Below, one piece after another: positions 48,682-61,779 of a DNA stretch of 64,000 nucleotides; the stretch's first letter is position 1, and every line of letters begins with the position of its first letter. The notes under the pieces were generated by a model, which was given only the letters and a program-made list of their open reading frames with translations, had not been told where the DNA came from and searched no databases. The DNA is from Nannocystis bainbridge. GTDB lineage: Bacteria > Myxococcota_A > Polyangia > Nannocystales > Nannocystaceae. A program made the translations under genes and the position numbers. The stretch covers positions 896,001 through 960,000 of the forward strand of contig NZ_JAQNDL010000001.1 of NCBI RefSeq assembly GCF_028368995.1, in the 5' to 3' direction.

Positions 48682-48987
48682 TCGGCGACGTGCGCTTGCC
48701 TGCGGCTCGCAGCCCGCGAGCGAGCGTCGACGACCCGTGACTCCAGGGGGATGTCGCTGCGATCGGTCGATCACAGCGACGTCGGCGCCGGCCGTGGCCG
48801 CGCACCGGACCCGAACGCCGCCCGAAAGTGCCACCGGCGGATCGACGCGCGCCGCCGCCGGCGCCCCCGCCCAGCGCCGCACAATCGCCGCGCCCCGCCT
48901 CCGCAAAGGTCGAACGTGGCGCCCGAGGCGCTGAGAGAGCCCCTGCTGGCGTCTCGATCGCGGCCTCGCTACTGTCGTGGCATACCC

Positions 48988-49188
48988 ATGGGCGATGTGA
49001 TCAATCTGAGTCGTTATCGCAAGGCCAAAGCCCGCGCCGAGAAGGAGCAGAAGGCCGAGGCCAACCGAGTCCGCCACGGACGCACGCGGACCGAGAAGCA
49101 GGCCGTGCAGGTCGAGCTCGAGCGCCAGACCGCCGAACTCGACGGCAAACGCCTCGACAGCGCCGACGACGGGAAACAAAGCCCCTGA
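48988..49188 (+). CDS. DUF4169-like small protein
   Basis: MGDVINLSRYRKAKAR..A.ANR..HGRT. Confidence 0.8.
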   Translation: MGDVINLSRYRKAKARAEKEQKAEANRVRHGRTRTEKQAVQVELERQTAELDGKRLDSADDGKQSP

Positions 49189-49418
49189 CCGTCCGGACAT
49201 GTCCTGCGGGACAGGGTCTCCGTCGCCCGCGAGCCGCGGGACCTGTGACTGTTCGGACATGTCCCCAAAGACACCATCCCCCGTTCGGGGCCTATGACTC
49301 TTCGGACATGTCCTCCGGGCCATATCTGAATTCTCCGGCTCGCAGGACTCGCCACCCGGTCTCGGGCGCAGCCCCGCGAGCCGCCGCGCATGACCGCTGC
49401 GACATGTCCTGAAGGCCA
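49186..49418. repeat. Four 28-bp doublets TGACY-N4-GGACA-TGTCC-N4-(G/A)G(A/C)CA with spacers
   Basis: Copies start at 49186, 49246, 49295 and 49391. Confidence 0.8.
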
Positions 49419-49480
49419 GACCACCCCTCTGACCGCCCGCGCCCGTTGACCGCCGGCGGCGCGCGTGGGATGGTCCGGCC

Positions 49481-50461
49481 GTGTCCGCGTGGCTCCACTG
49501 GCTCGCTGCGCTGCTGCTGGTGCTGCTGGCGCTGGCGGCAGCGGCCTGGTTCACCGCGCGGCCGTGGCTGGCCCCGCCGGCCGCCGCGCCCGAGCACATC
49601 GCCGGCACGTGGACCCGGGTCGAGACGTGGGCCGCCGAGACGCGCCAGGCGAGCGGGCCGATCGAGCCGCTGCACGCCGCGCTCGCGCCCCTCAAGCGGG
49701 CCGGCGCGACCGACGAGCCGTGGGACCCGACGCGGCCGCCCGAGCCGGCCACCGACCCCGCCGCGCAGCAGGCCCTCGCCGGGCTGATCGTATGGGCCGA
49801 CGGCGGCGGCCTCGGCGACGAGCTCTGCATCGTCGACCCGGCCGACTTCACGGCCGGACCGCCGCGCACGGTCGAGATGTTCCGCCTGGCCCGCCTCGCC
49901 CTCCGCCACGGCCGCGACGACACCGACCCCGCGTTCGCGGCGGCGCTGCGCCTCGGCGCCTACCTGCGCGGCCGCGGCCCGCTGCTCGCCGGCGCCGTCG
50001 GCTTCGCCATCGCCCGCGACGCCCTGCAGGTCGCCGAGGCCCGCAACCTGCCCGCCGGCCCGGCCTTCGTCGCGTTCGCCCCGCGCCGCGAGGAGGTCCT
50101 GCCGATCCTCGCCCGCGAGGCGGTCTGCTCGCTGCGCATGGCCGAGGCCGCGTTTCACAGCGGCGCGAGCGAGGCCGCCCCCGTCGAGCCCGGCGTGGTC
50201 GCCCGCTGGTCGAGCGCGTGGGTGGGCCCCGAGCGCGAGCTGGCGATGGCCCGCTGGTACCTCGGCGAGCGCGTGGCCGCGGCCGCGGCTGCCGGCGACG
50301 ACCTCGGCGCCGTGGCTGCCACGCAGACCCTGCCCGAACAGCCCGACGCCCTGCCCGCCAGCCTGCTGGTCCGCTCGCTGGCGGGCAGCGGCGCCTCGAC
50401 GGTGAGCGACATGCAGGCGACCCTGGCCGGCTACGCGGCCCGCCTCGGCCCGCCTCCCTGA
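49481..50461 (+). CDS. Hypothetical membrane-anchored protein
   Basis: N-terminal TM; helical Ala-rich body. Confidence 0.65.
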   Translation: MSAWLHWLAALLLVLLALAAAAWFTARPWLAPPAAAPEHIAGTWTRVETWAAETRQASGPIEPLHAALAPLKRAGATDEPWDPTRPPEPATDPAAQQALAGLIVWADGGGLGDELCIVDPADFTAGPPRTVEMFRLARLALRHGRDDTDPAFAAALRLGAYLRGRGPLLAGAVGFAIARDALQVAEARNLPAGPAFVAFAPRREEVLPILAREAVCSLRMAEAAFHSGASEAAPVEPGVVARWSSAWVGPERELAMARWYLGERVAAAAAAGDDLGAVAATQTLPEQPDALPASLLVRSLAGSGASTVSDMQATLAGYAARLGPPP

Positions 50462-50482
50462 CATCTGTTTTAAAGTTCTTAT

Positions 50483-50562
50483 GGACATGCTCTTCAGAGC
50501 ATGTCCATATCGACATGCTCCTCAGAGCATGCTCTTCGTGCCATGTCCTCTCCGACATGCCC
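50483..50562. repeat. 14-bp-phased motif array (6 units)
   Basis: CATG at 50486, 50500, 50514, 50528, 50542 and 50556. Confidence 0.9.
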
Positions 50563-50647
50563 TGGCTGGGCCCCCCGGACCGTCACCCGCGCCACCGCGG
50601 AGGCCCGCCGCAGCTCGCCCTTCGGCGAGCCCTCGCGCCCTCCCCGC

Positions 50648-51385
50648 TCACCCGCGCGGGCGCACGGCCACGAACAGCGGCCCGAGCTCGGTCTCTCGCG
50701 CGACCGCCTTGAAGCCGGTCTCCTCGAGCATGTCGAGCCACTCGCGGCGGGCGAACAGCCCGTAGGTGTGGCGCTCGTGCTCGCACACCACCTCGTCGCC
50801 CTCGCGCAGCAGCAGCGCGAAGTCGACGGTGTAGGTCGAGTCCTCGGGGTTCGGGTCGACCGTCCACTCGAGGTACCGCAGCCCGCGCTCGCCGTCGTCG
50901 TCGCCGCCGTGGGCGGTCCCGGGCGCGAACGTCTCGCGGGTGCAGTCGGGCGCGAACACGGCCACCCCGCCGGGGCGCAGGTGGGCCAGCGCCGTGCGCA
51001 TGACCGCCCGCAGGGCCTCGGCGCTGGTCATGTACATCACCGCGTCGTGGACCAGCACCGCGTCGAAGCTGCGCCCGAGCCGGAGCGTGCGCATGTCGCC
51101 GACCAGGTGCTCGCACTCGGGGTTGATCGTGCGCGACAGCGCCAGCATCGACGGCGACAGGTCGACCAGCGTGGCCGCGACGTCGCGCTTGTAGTGCGAC
51201 GCCATGTTGCCGCCGCCGGCCCCGAGCTCGAGCAGACTCGCCAGCGGCCCCGAGCCGGACTCGCGGATGATGCGGACCAGCTCGGCGGCCTCGTCGACGT
51301 AGTCGGCCGGGGCCGTGAGCAAGTGGAACCACGCGGCGCGCCGCGTGTACAGCGGGGGCAGCTCGTCGTCGTCGTCCATCACCAC
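50648..51385 (-). CDS. Class I SAM-dependent methyltransferase
   Basis: LLELGAGGG; VDLS; GDMR; FDAV; HLRPGG. Confidence 0.9.
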   Translation of the reverse strand: MVMDDDDELPPLYTRRAAWFHLLTAPADYVDEAAELVRIIRESGSGPLASLLELGAGGGNMASHYKRDVAATLVDLSPSMLALSRTINPECEHLVGDMRTLRLGRSFDAVLVHDAVMYMTSAEALRAVMRTALAHLRPGGVAVFAPDCTRETFAPGTAHGGDDDGERGLRYLEWTVDPNPEDSTYTVDFALLLREGDEVVCEHERHTYGLFARREWLDMLEETGFKAVARETELGPLFVAVRPRG

Positions 51386-51413
51386 GGCGATCCCGAGCTT
51401 AGGCCCCCGCGCA

Positions 51414-54131
<2,718 letters not shown>

Positions 54132-54328
54132 GAGCGGGCGGAAGATATCAAATCGTCGCCGGCCATCTGCCGCGCGAAGGCGCGCGCTGGCTCACTTGTC
54201 CTCCAGGCCCCCCACGACCGCCGCCGGCTCGCCGGGCCCGTCCACGGCCGTCGCGGCCCGCGCGGGGCGAGCGTCCGGTCCGCGTGCGCCGCCGGCCGCA
54301 CGCCGGCCGGCGTGATAGCGTCGCTGCA

Positions 54329-54817
54329 ATGCATACATTCGACCTCCCCGCCGGCGCGGACAGGGCCGAGATCTACACCGAGCTGATCGCCACGGCAGAG
54401 GCGCTCGTCGCGGGCGAGCCCGACCTGGTGGCCAACCTGGCCAACCTCGCCGCGTGCCTCAAGCAGCTGCCGGGCGTGTCGTGGGCGGGCTTTTATCGCC
54501 GGGTCGGCGACGACCTGGTCCTCGGGCCATTTCAGGGCAAGCTCGCGTGCACCCGCATCGGCCCCGGCAAGGGCGTGTGCGGCACCGCGGCGGCCCGCCG
54601 CGAGGCGCTCGTGGTCGCCGACGTCGCCGCCTTCCCCGGCCACATCGCCTGCGACGCCGACTCGCGCAGCGAGGTCGTGGTGCCGATCGTCCGCGGCGCG
54701 CAGGTCCTCGGCGTCATCGACCTCGACAGCGACCGCCTCGACAACTTCGACGCTCGCGACGCCGAGCACCTGACGCGCCTCGCCGCGCTCGTCGCCGGCC
54801 TCGACTGGCCGGCTTGA
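54329..54817 (+). CDS. msrC: GAF-domain free methionine-(R)-sulfoxide reductase
   Basis: ANLAN; WAGFY; LGPFQGKLAC; GVCG; FPGHIACD; SEVVVP; DLDS. Confidence 0.88.
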   Translation: MHTFDLPAGADRAEIYTELIATAEALVAGEPDLVANLANLAACLKQLPGVSWAGFYRRVGDDLVLGPFQGKLACTRIGPGKGVCGTAAARREALVVADVAAFPGHIACDADSRSEVVVPIVRGAQVLGVIDLDSDRLDNFDARDAEHLTRLAALVAGLDWPA

Positions 54818-54857
54818 CCGCAGCCGCCCCGCACGCGACCCTGGAGCTCCTGTTCGC

Positions 54858-55694
54858 ATGATCATCGTCACGGGCACCAAGCGCTCCGGCACCTCGATGT
54901 GGATGCAGATCCTGATCGGCGCCGGCTTTACGTACATCGGCGAGCAGTTCAGCGGCCGCTGGGAGCAGACGATCAAGGCCGCCAACCCCGACGGCTTCTA
55001 CGAGTCGCACCTGCGCCGCGGCATCTACTTCAAGACCAACCCGCACCCCAAGACCGGCGCCTACCTGTTCCCCGAGCAGGTCCAACACCACGCGGTCAAG
55101 GTGTTCATCCCCGGCCTGGTCCGCAGCGACCGCGCCTTCATCACCAAGGTCATCGCCACCGTCCGCGAGTGGCGCGAGTACGAGTCGTCGATCCGCCGCC
55201 TCTACGCGATGGAGGACGACAACCGCCGCAAGGAGGGCAAGGACGACCTGGTGCCGCTGCGCATGCCGGGCGCGCTCGAGTGGTGGGCCGAGAACTTCGC
55301 CCTCGTCCGCGACATCGCCATCCGCCGCTACCCGGTCCACGTGCAGTCGTACGAGGGCCTGCTGGCCGATCCGCAGCGGGTCGTGCGCGACGTGCTCAAG
55401 TGGATCGGCAAGGGCGACGCCGACGCCGCGCTGGCCGCCGTCAAGCCCGAGCACCGCACGCAGCACCGGCCGCCGTCCGACAGCGTCGAGCCCGAGGTCG
55501 CCGCGGTGTTCGACGAGTTCTACGCCGCCCTGCACGCCGGCAAGGGCCTGACCGCGCCGATGCTCGAGAAGCTGAACCACACCAACGAGCTGGTGGCGCC
55601 GCGCATCGCCGGGTGGCAGCGCAAGCTCGGCGAGGACGCCCGCCGCCGCCGCGCGATCAAGGCCGAGGCCAAGGGCCTGCCGCCCGAGAGCTGA
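54858..55694 (+). CDS. Sulfotransferase-like P-loop protein
   Basis: IIVTGTKRSGTS; NPDGFYE; SYE.LLADP. Confidence 0.75.
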   Translation: MIIVTGTKRSGTSMWMQILIGAGFTYIGEQFSGRWEQTIKAANPDGFYESHLRRGIYFKTNPHPKTGAYLFPEQVQHHAVKVFIPGLVRSDRAFITKVIATVREWREYESSIRRLYAMEDDNRRKEGKDDLVPLRMPGALEWWAENFALVRDIAIRRYPVHVQSYEGLLADPQRVVRDVLKWIGKGDADAALAAVKPEHRTQHRPPSDSVEPEVAAVFDEFYAALHAGKGLTAPMLEKLNHTNELVAPRIAGWQRKLGEDARRRRAIKAEAKGLPPES

Positions 55695-55825
55695 GCGCCG
55701 CAGCGCGGCCGTTCGAGCGGTGCTCCTCGCCGACGACGTCCCTCGCTCACGGCCGTTCGACCCGTGCTCCTCGGCGCCCGCTACAATCACTCGCGGTCAC
55801 CGCGGAGCCCGGCTGAGCTCCTGTC

Positions 55826-57121
55826 GTGGCCGCTGAACCCGCCGGCGCGGCTCGACGATCGCCCGCGCCCGTGCGACCCTCCGCGCGCGTGACCGCGGTC
55901 GTCGTCGCCGTCTTCGGCCTCACCTACGTCCTCATCGCCGCCCGGCGGCTGCGCGCGCTGCCGATCGGGCGGCCTGCGGGCGCCCTGCTCGGCGCCTTCC
56001 TCATGGTGGCGATCGGCGCGCTGCGGCCGGCCGACAGCTACGCCGCGATCGACGGTGACACCATCCTGCTGCTGTTCGCGATGATGGCGCTGGTCGCCTA
56101 CGTCGAGCGGGCCGGCTTCTTCGAGTGGGCGGCCGCCCGCGCGATCGCCCGCGCGCGCACCCCCGTCGGCCTGCTCGTCGCCGTCGCCGTGCTCGCCGGG
56201 GCCATGAGCGCCCTGTTCGTCAACGACGCCGTGTGCGTGTTCCTGACCCCGCTCGTGGTCGTGGCTTGCCAAAAGGCCAGGTTGCCGCTCGGCCCCTATC
56301 TGATCGCCACCGCCACCAGCGCCAACCTCGGCAGCGCCGCCACCCTGGTCGGCAACCCGCAGAACATGATCGTCGGCGGGCTCAGCGGCCTGTCCTTCAC
56401 CGCCTTCTCGGTCCTCGCCGCGCCCGTCGCCGCGCTCGCGCTCGCCATCAACACCGGCCTGCTGCTGCTCTACTACCGCCGCGCGCTCGGCGACGCCCCG
56501 CTCGCGGATGTCCCTTCGGCCAGCTTCGACCGCGGCCGGCTCACCCGCGTGGTCGCCGTCGTGCTCGGGGTCGTCGTCGCCTTCTTCGCCGGCGCCCACC
56601 TCGGCTACGCCGCGCTCGGCGGGGTCGTCGCGCTGTTCCTCGGCGAGCGCGAGGACCCCCACGCCGTGTTCGCCCGCGTCGACTGGACCCTGCTGGTGTT
56701 CTTCGCCGCGCTGTTCGTGGTCGTCGCCGGCCTCGAGACCACCGGCCTCGTCGACGCCGCCTGGGCCACTCTCGGGCCCAGCCTCGGCCACGACGGGCCC
56801 GCCGGCGTGTCGGCGCTGACGCTGCTCTACCTGGTCGGCTCGAACCTGGTCTCCAACGTGCCGATGGTGCTGCTCGCGGCCCCACACGTGGCCGCCGACG
56901 GCTCGACCTTCGCCTGGGTGCTGCTCGGCTTCGTCACCACCGTCGCCGGCAACCTCACCCTGATCGGCTCGGTCGCCAACATCATCGTCGCCGAGAAGGC
57001 CGCCGACGCCCACGAGCTCGGCTTCTTCGAGTACCTGCGCTTCGGCCTGGTCTCGACCCTCGTGGTCCTGGCCGTGTGTGTCCCGGCGCTGGTCGTGCTG
57101 GCGCGCGCGCTCGGGACCTGA
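55826..57121 (+). CDS. ArsB/CitMHS/SLC13-family anion transporter (start may be ~55889)
   Basis: About 11 TM segments; SALFVND; ANLGS.ATLVGNPQN; VSNVP; AGNLTLIGSVAN. Confidence 0.88.
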   Translation: MAAEPAGAARRSPAPVRPSARVTAVVVAVFGLTYVLIAARRLRALPIGRPAGALLGAFLMVAIGALRPADSYAAIDGDTILLLFAMMALVAYVERAGFFEWAAARAIARARTPVGLLVAVAVLAGAMSALFVNDAVCVFLTPLVVVACQKARLPLGPYLIATATSANLGSAATLVGNPQNMIVGGLSGLSFTAFSVLAAPVAALALAINTGLLLLYYRRALGDAPLADVPSASFDRGRLTRVVAVVLGVVVAFFAGAHLGYAALGGVVALFLGEREDPHAVFARVDWTLLVFFAALFVVVAGLETTGLVDAAWATLGPSLGHDGPAGVSALTLLYLVGSNLVSNVPMVLLAAPHVAADGSTFAWVLLGFVTTVAGNLTLIGSVANIIVAEKAADAHELGFFEYLRFGLVSTLVVLAVCVPALVVLARALGT

Positions 57122-57384
57122 CCTTTCGGACATCTCCGCCCATTCGCCGCGGCCCGCCTCGGGTCGGCGATCTCGCCGCGAGACGCCGCCAGGCCGGGGC
57201 CGTCGCCGGCCCTCTCGCGGGGTCGCCCGCGTCCGCCTGCGTGCAACAGCGATTTGTCGGGCCACGGGCGCCCGCCCGGGCGCCCGCGCCATTTCTCCGC
57301 CTGGCAGCGAGCATTCCGCGGTGATTGTGCCGGACCGGAGAACCGACGACGCTTGCCGCGAACCTCCTCCCTCTCCGGAGCCCC

Positions 57385-58200
57385 ATGCTCGTCGCAACTG
57401 AATACCTCCCCGACGTCTCGGCCGTCCTTCAACAGTACGTGATCCCGTTCCTGTGGAAGGCCGCAGGCGCGCTCGTCCTCTGGATCATCGGCGGGATCCT
57501 CATCTCCGGCGCCGGCCGGGTCGTGCGCCACGCCATGACCGCCCGCGGCATCGACCCGACCTTCAGCCACTACGTCAACTCGGCGCTCAGCGTGCTGTTG
57601 AAGGTCGTCCTGCTGGTCGCGATCCTCGGCATCTTCGGCGTCGAGTCGACCTCGTTCGCCGCCGTGCTCGCGGCCGCCGGCGTCGCCATCGGCATGGCGT
57701 GGGCGGGCCTCCTCGCCAACTTCGCCGCCGGCATCTTCCTCGTCGTCCTGCGCCCGTTCAAGGTCGGCGACGCTATCCACGGCGCCGGCGTGACCGGCGA
57801 CGTCCGCGAGATCGGCCTGTTCGCCACCACCGTCGACACCGGCGACAACGTCCGCGTGTTCATCGGCAACAACAAGCTGTTCGCCGACAACATCATCAAC
57901 TATTCGGCCAACCCGGTGCGCCGCGTCGACATGCGGGCCCAGCTCGCCCACGGCGTCGACGCCACCCAGGTCGCCGCCGCCCTCGCCGCGCGGCTGCTGC
58001 AGATCGCCAACGTCGCCGCGAACCCCGCCCCGCAGGTCGGCATCCTCGAGTTCAACGCCGCCGGCACGCTCCTCTACGTGCGACCGTTCTGCAACAACCT
58101 CCACTACAACCAGGTCGCCGACGACGTCCAGCGCGTCATCGCCGAGGTCACCGGCGGCCTGCCGGTCCCGGCCCCGCACCACGTCGAACACCGCGCCTGA
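57385..58200 (+). CDS. mscS: Small-conductance mechanosensitive channel
   Basis: NFAAGI....RPFKVGD; G.V.EIGLF.T; N....IINYS. Confidence 0.9.
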   Translation: MLVATEYLPDVSAVLQQYVIPFLWKAAGALVLWIIGGILISGAGRVVRHAMTARGIDPTFSHYVNSALSVLLKVVLLVAILGIFGVESTSFAAVLAAAGVAIGMAWAGLLANFAAGIFLVVLRPFKVGDAIHGAGVTGDVREIGLFATTVDTGDNVRVFIGNNKLFADNIINYSANPVRRVDMRAQLAHGVDATQVAAALAARLLQIANVAANPAPQVGILEFNAAGTLLYVRPFCNNLHYNQVADDVQRVIAEVTGGLPVPAPHHVEHRA

Positions 58201-58244
58201 AGGCCCGCGCACGCCGGCCCGCCCGTCACGGCGCGCGGACCTCG

Positions 58245-58324
58245 TCGCATGGCCGTTGCGACATGCCCATGACGACATGTCCATCACGACATGTCCTCAT
58301 GCGCATGCCCCGAAGGACATGTCC
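58245..58324. repeat. 14-bp-phased motif array (6 units)
   Basis: CATG at 58248, 58262, 58276, 58290, 58304 and 58318. Confidence 0.9.
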
Positions 58325-59455
58325 TCAAGCACTAGCCGGCGGGTGGGCCCCGAGCTCGAGCGTGCGCGCCAGCTCGGGCCGCCGCACCTTCCAGATCCAC
58401 CCGTCGTAGAGGAAATGCAGCCACGACGTCGCGGTGTAATAGACCAGGTAGACATCGGTGCGGCGCTGCCCCTGGATCAGCCAGAACACCAGCAGCAGCC
58501 CCCCGGCGAGGGCCGGCACCGCCAGGCGGGCGTCGCCCAGCACCCGCGCCGCCGCCCCGCGCCGCTCGCCGCGGCCGTACTTCTTCGTCCCGAAGTGGTG
58601 CACGAACGCCATGTACTCGACCGCGTGGGCGGTCCCGAAGCACAGGTAGCCGACCACCGGCCCGTGGATCAGGAACACCGCGAACAGCAGCAGCGTCGAC
58701 GCCATCATCGCCAGCCGCGGCGCGCGTTGCCCGGGCGTCGCCGGGGCCCGCAGCTCGTGCGCCAGCCAGCGCAGCAGCACCCACGCGAACGCCCCGACCA
58801 CCGCCAGCAGCAGCGCCCACGCCCACCACGCCCCGGCCAACGGCGCCAGGAGCCGCCCGAGCTTGCGCGCATTGACGTGCCCGCCCAGCAGCTGCGGCCG
58901 CAGCAGCGGCAGCGCCACCGCCACGCACGCCGTCGCCAGCCAGATCAGCGCCCGGTCGCGCCGCGCCTGCTCCGGCCGCTCCGTCCCGCCGCCGAGCTTG
59001 CCCGCGTAGATGCGCAACATCCCGTAGCGCTGCTGCAGCGTGTGCCAGATGTTCCACGCCCCGGTCACGAACAGCGCGATCTGCCACGGCGACAGCTTGA
59101 TGCCCGCCACCGTCGCCGGCGCCAGCCCCGACGTCGCCCGCGCCAGGGCCACGATCGCCACGATCAGCGTCGGCGCCAGCCAGTACGCGCGGGCCCGCTG
59201 CGTGAACACGTCGCGGTCGCCGTACACCACCACGAAGGTGTAGTGGCGATGCACATAGCTGATCGCCAGCGCCGCCAGCACCGCCAGCGCCGTCGCCTCC
59301 TCGAGCTGCGGCTTCGCCAGCGGCGCCCCGCCGAACGCCTGCGCCCCGAGCCCGAGCCCGATCACCAGCCAGAGGTAAAAAGGCAGCCAGCCGAACGCCA
59401 GCGCGGCCACGTCCCACGCCGGCCCGATCATCCACGTCGCGCGGGCTGGCGGCAC
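58325..59455 (-). CDS. Polytopic membrane protein with His motifs
   Basis: About 9 TM segments; HRHYT; WHTLQQRYG; HAVEY; HFLYDGWIWK. Confidence 0.75.
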   Translation of the reverse strand: MPPARATWMIGPAWDVAALAFGWLPFYLWLVIGLGLGAQAFGGAPLAKPQLEEATALAVLAALAISYVHRHYTFVVVYGDRDVFTQRARAYWLAPTLIVAIVALARATSGLAPATVAGIKLSPWQIALFVTGAWNIWHTLQQRYGMLRIYAGKLGGGTERPEQARRDRALIWLATACVAVALPLLRPQLLGGHVNARKLGRLLAPLAGAWWAWALLLAVVGAFAWVLLRWLAHELRAPATPGQRAPRLAMMASTLLLFAVFLIHGPVVGYLCFGTAHAVEYMAFVHHFGTKKYGRGERRGAAARVLGDARLAVPALAGGLLLVFWLIQGQRRTDVYLVYYTATSWLHFLYDGWIWKVRRPELARTLELGAHPPASA

Positions 59456-59538
59456 CGCGCGACCATATCAGCGCGCCGACTTGCGCGGCAAGCGAGGCCC
59501 CTGGGGCCAGGCTACGCGCGGGCGCGCCACCACGGCGG

Positions 59539-60210
59539 TCACGGATACGACAGCTTCGTGTAGAAGTCGCCGCGCCCTGCGGGCGTGAGGTCGAACATGG
59601 CGAAGATCGGGCTCAGCATGTCGAGCCCGCGGTGGTCCTGTCCCGGTTCGCCGCTGGTGTGGGCCATCTCGGTGCCCCAGAAGTGGCGGACCTTTGCGCC
59701 CTCGCGGCGGAACAGGTTGAGCATCGTCGTGTCGCCGCCCTCGCGGCCCTTGCCGTGATAATCGCGGTTGTAGTGGTTGCCCGCGGTCGACAGCACGCGC
59801 AGGTTTCGCCAGCCGCGCTCCGCGGCGAACGCCGCCAGCCGCGCCGCCGGAGACTCTGCCACCGCCACCAGCGTCAGTCGCTGGCGGATGTTCGGCTCGG
59901 CCGCGTCGAGCCCGTCGAGCAGCGGCGTGCACATCGAGCACGGCCCCGCGCGCTCCGGCCCGAACATGTAGCTGTAGATCGCCAGCGTGTCCTTGCCCGG
60001 CGCGAACAGCTCCGACAGCCGCACCGGTCGCGACGCCCCGCCAACGCTCGTCTCGAACACATAGTCCTCCGGCACCACGCCGCCCGGCGGCAGCGCTCGT
60101 CGCTCGCGCGCAACCGCCTCGGTCAACTGGCGCAGCTCGATCTCTCGCGCCAGCAGGCGGTCGCGGGCCGCCCTGTACGCTTGCGATTCGCCGGGGAAGG
60201 TCGGTGCCAT
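59539..60210 (-). CDS. DUF899-family thioredoxin-like protein
   Basis: Y..AR..LL..E; RRALPPG; LSELF; PCSMCT; DLTP.GR. Confidence 0.85.
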   Translation of the reverse strand: MAPTFPGESQAYRAARDRLLAREIELRQLTEAVARERRALPPGGVVPEDYVFETSVGGASRPVRLSELFAPGKDTLAIYSYMFGPERAGPCSMCTPLLDGLDAAEPNIRQRLTLVAVAESPAARLAAFAAERGWRNLRVLSTAGNHYNRDYHGKGREGGDTTMLNLFRREGAKVRHFWGTEMAHTSGEPGQDHRGLDMLSPIFAMFDLTPAGRGDFYTKLSYP

Positions 60211-60426
60211 GCCGGCAACCTAGCACGCGGTCGCCCGCTCGCAACCGCGCCCGCTGCATGCACCGGCTCGCGCAATGACATTGTCTTTTGGACATGTCTC
60301 TTCCTACATGTCTCTCGGACCACCCCGTACCGCGCGGCCCCCAGGCCTCACCTGCGCAGCGCGCGCAACTCACCCTCATGCGGCCGTGCCCCGCTTTTCG
60401 AGCGAGCGAAAAAATCTTCGATCGCG

Positions 60427-60453
60427 TGTCACAACCCGGCCTGCTCGCTCGAC
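60427..60453 (+). promoter_or_regulatory. ECF41-type promoter
   Basis: TGTCACA-N16-CGAC (ECF41 consensus is TGTCACA-N16-CGTC), 24 bp before the CMD gene start. Confidence 0.75.
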
Positions 60454-60476
60454 AAGCCTACGAAGGAAGCCAACCA

Positions 60477-60908
60477 ATGAGCGACAGCCAACCCGTCCGT
60501 CTCGACCAGCAACTCCCCGACGTCGTCAAGGCCGCCATCGAACTGCACCGCGTGCTCGACGGCCACGGCCTCGATCGTACCCTCCATCACCTCGTGGTCA
60601 CCCGCGCCTCGCAGATCAACGGCTGCGTCAACTGCCTCAAGATACACCTCCGCGAGGCGCGTGAGCACGGCGAGACTCAGGACCGGCTCGACCGCCTCGT
60701 CGTCTGGGACCACGTCGACGACTTCAGCGAGCGCGAGAAGGCCGCCCTCGCGTGGACCGAGGCGCTCACCGTGCTCGATCGCAAGACCGACTACGGCCCG
60801 CTGCGGGCGCGCCTGCGCCGGCACTTCAGCGACGAGCACATCGCCGCGCTCACCGCCACCATCGGCATGATCAACTCCTGGAACCGCCTCCAGGTCTCGA
60901 CCCACTGA
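60477..60908 (+). CDS. Carboxymuconolactone decarboxylase/AhpD-family protein
   Basis: RASQINGCVNC..H; FSEREKAAL.W.E; IN.WNRL. Confidence 0.9.
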   Translation: MSDSQPVRLDQQLPDVVKAAIELHRVLDGHGLDRTLHHLVVTRASQINGCVNCLKIHLREAREHGETQDRLDRLVVWDHVDDFSEREKAALAWTEALTVLDRKTDYGPLRARLRRHFSDEHIAALTATIGMINSWNRLQVSTH

Positions 60909-60909
60909 C

Positions 60910-61779
60910 ATGAAGCTTCTCGACGACGACGACGACCACGAGTTCGCCGCGGCCCGGCCGATGCTGCTGGGCCTCGCCTATCGCCTGCTCGGCTCGCGCG
61001 CCGACGCCGAGGACGCGGTCCAGGACACCTGGCTCAAGTGGCGCGCCGCCGCCGTCGCCGTCGAGAACCCCGGCGCGTGGCTGACCACCGTGTGCACGCG
61101 GCGCTGCATCGACATGCTGCGCTCGGGCCACAAGGCGCGGATCGACTACGTCGGCAGCTGGCTGCCCGAGCCGCTGCCGACCGACGACGACGACGTCGGG
61201 GCCTCGCTCGGCTCGTCGCTGACGGTCGCGTTCTTGCTCGTGCTCGAGCGGCTGACCCCGAAGGAGCGGGCCGCCTATCTGCTGCACGAGGTGTTCGACG
61301 TCTCCTACGCCGAGACCGCGCGGACCCTGGCGATGGACGAGGTCAACTGCCGCAAGCTGGTCTCGCGGGCCCGCGGCCACCTCGAGCAGACCCGCGTTCG
61401 TCACGTCACCCCGCGCGATCGCCAGGACGAGCTGCTCGCCGCCTTCGAGGCCGCGATCGCCGGCGGCCACACCGAGCGGCTCGCCGCCCTGCTGGCCAGC
61501 GACGTCGAGCTGCGGGCCGACAGCGGCGGCAAGGTCCCGGCCCTGCGCGAGACCTTGCAAGGCAAGGCGGCCGTGCTCGCGTTCGTGCACGCCACCTTGC
61601 ACCGCTTCTGGGGCGCCTTCACGTGCGAGTCCCCCGACCTCAACGGCGCCCGCGCGCTGGTGTTCCGCGCCGGGGACGGCGCCGCGATCGCCGCCGTCTC
61701 GTTCGCTTACGACGAGCGAGGCGCCGCGACCGGCATCTACATCATGCGCAACCCCGACAAGCTGGCCGGGCTCGCGTAA
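60910..61779 (+). CDS. ECF41 (SigJ-like) sigma factor with SnoaL-like extension
   Basis: AYRLLGS.ADAEDAVQ; WLPEP; DSGGK; RNPDKL. Confidence 0.92.
   Translation: MKLLDDDDDHEFAAARPMLLGLAYRLLGSRADAEDAVQDTWLKWRAAAVAVENPGAWLTTVCTRRCIDMLRSGHKARIDYVGSWLPEPLPTDDDDVGASLGSSLTVAFLLVLERLTPKERAAYLLHEVFDVSYAETARTLAMDEVNCRKLVSRARGHLEQTRVRHVTPRDRQDELLAAFEAAIAGGHTERLAALLASDVELRADSGGKVPALRETLQGKAAVLAFVHATLHRFWGAFTCESPDLNGARALVFRAGDGAAIAAVSFAYDERGAATGIYIMRNPDKLAGLA

Noticed and set aside
58273-58324. GGACATGTCC equals the eukaryotic p53 half-site RRRCATGYYY
   Set aside because: It arises as the junction of two TGTCC-N4-GGACA units. Isolated sites have CCTG/CAGG flanks instead, so the resemblance is probably coincidental.
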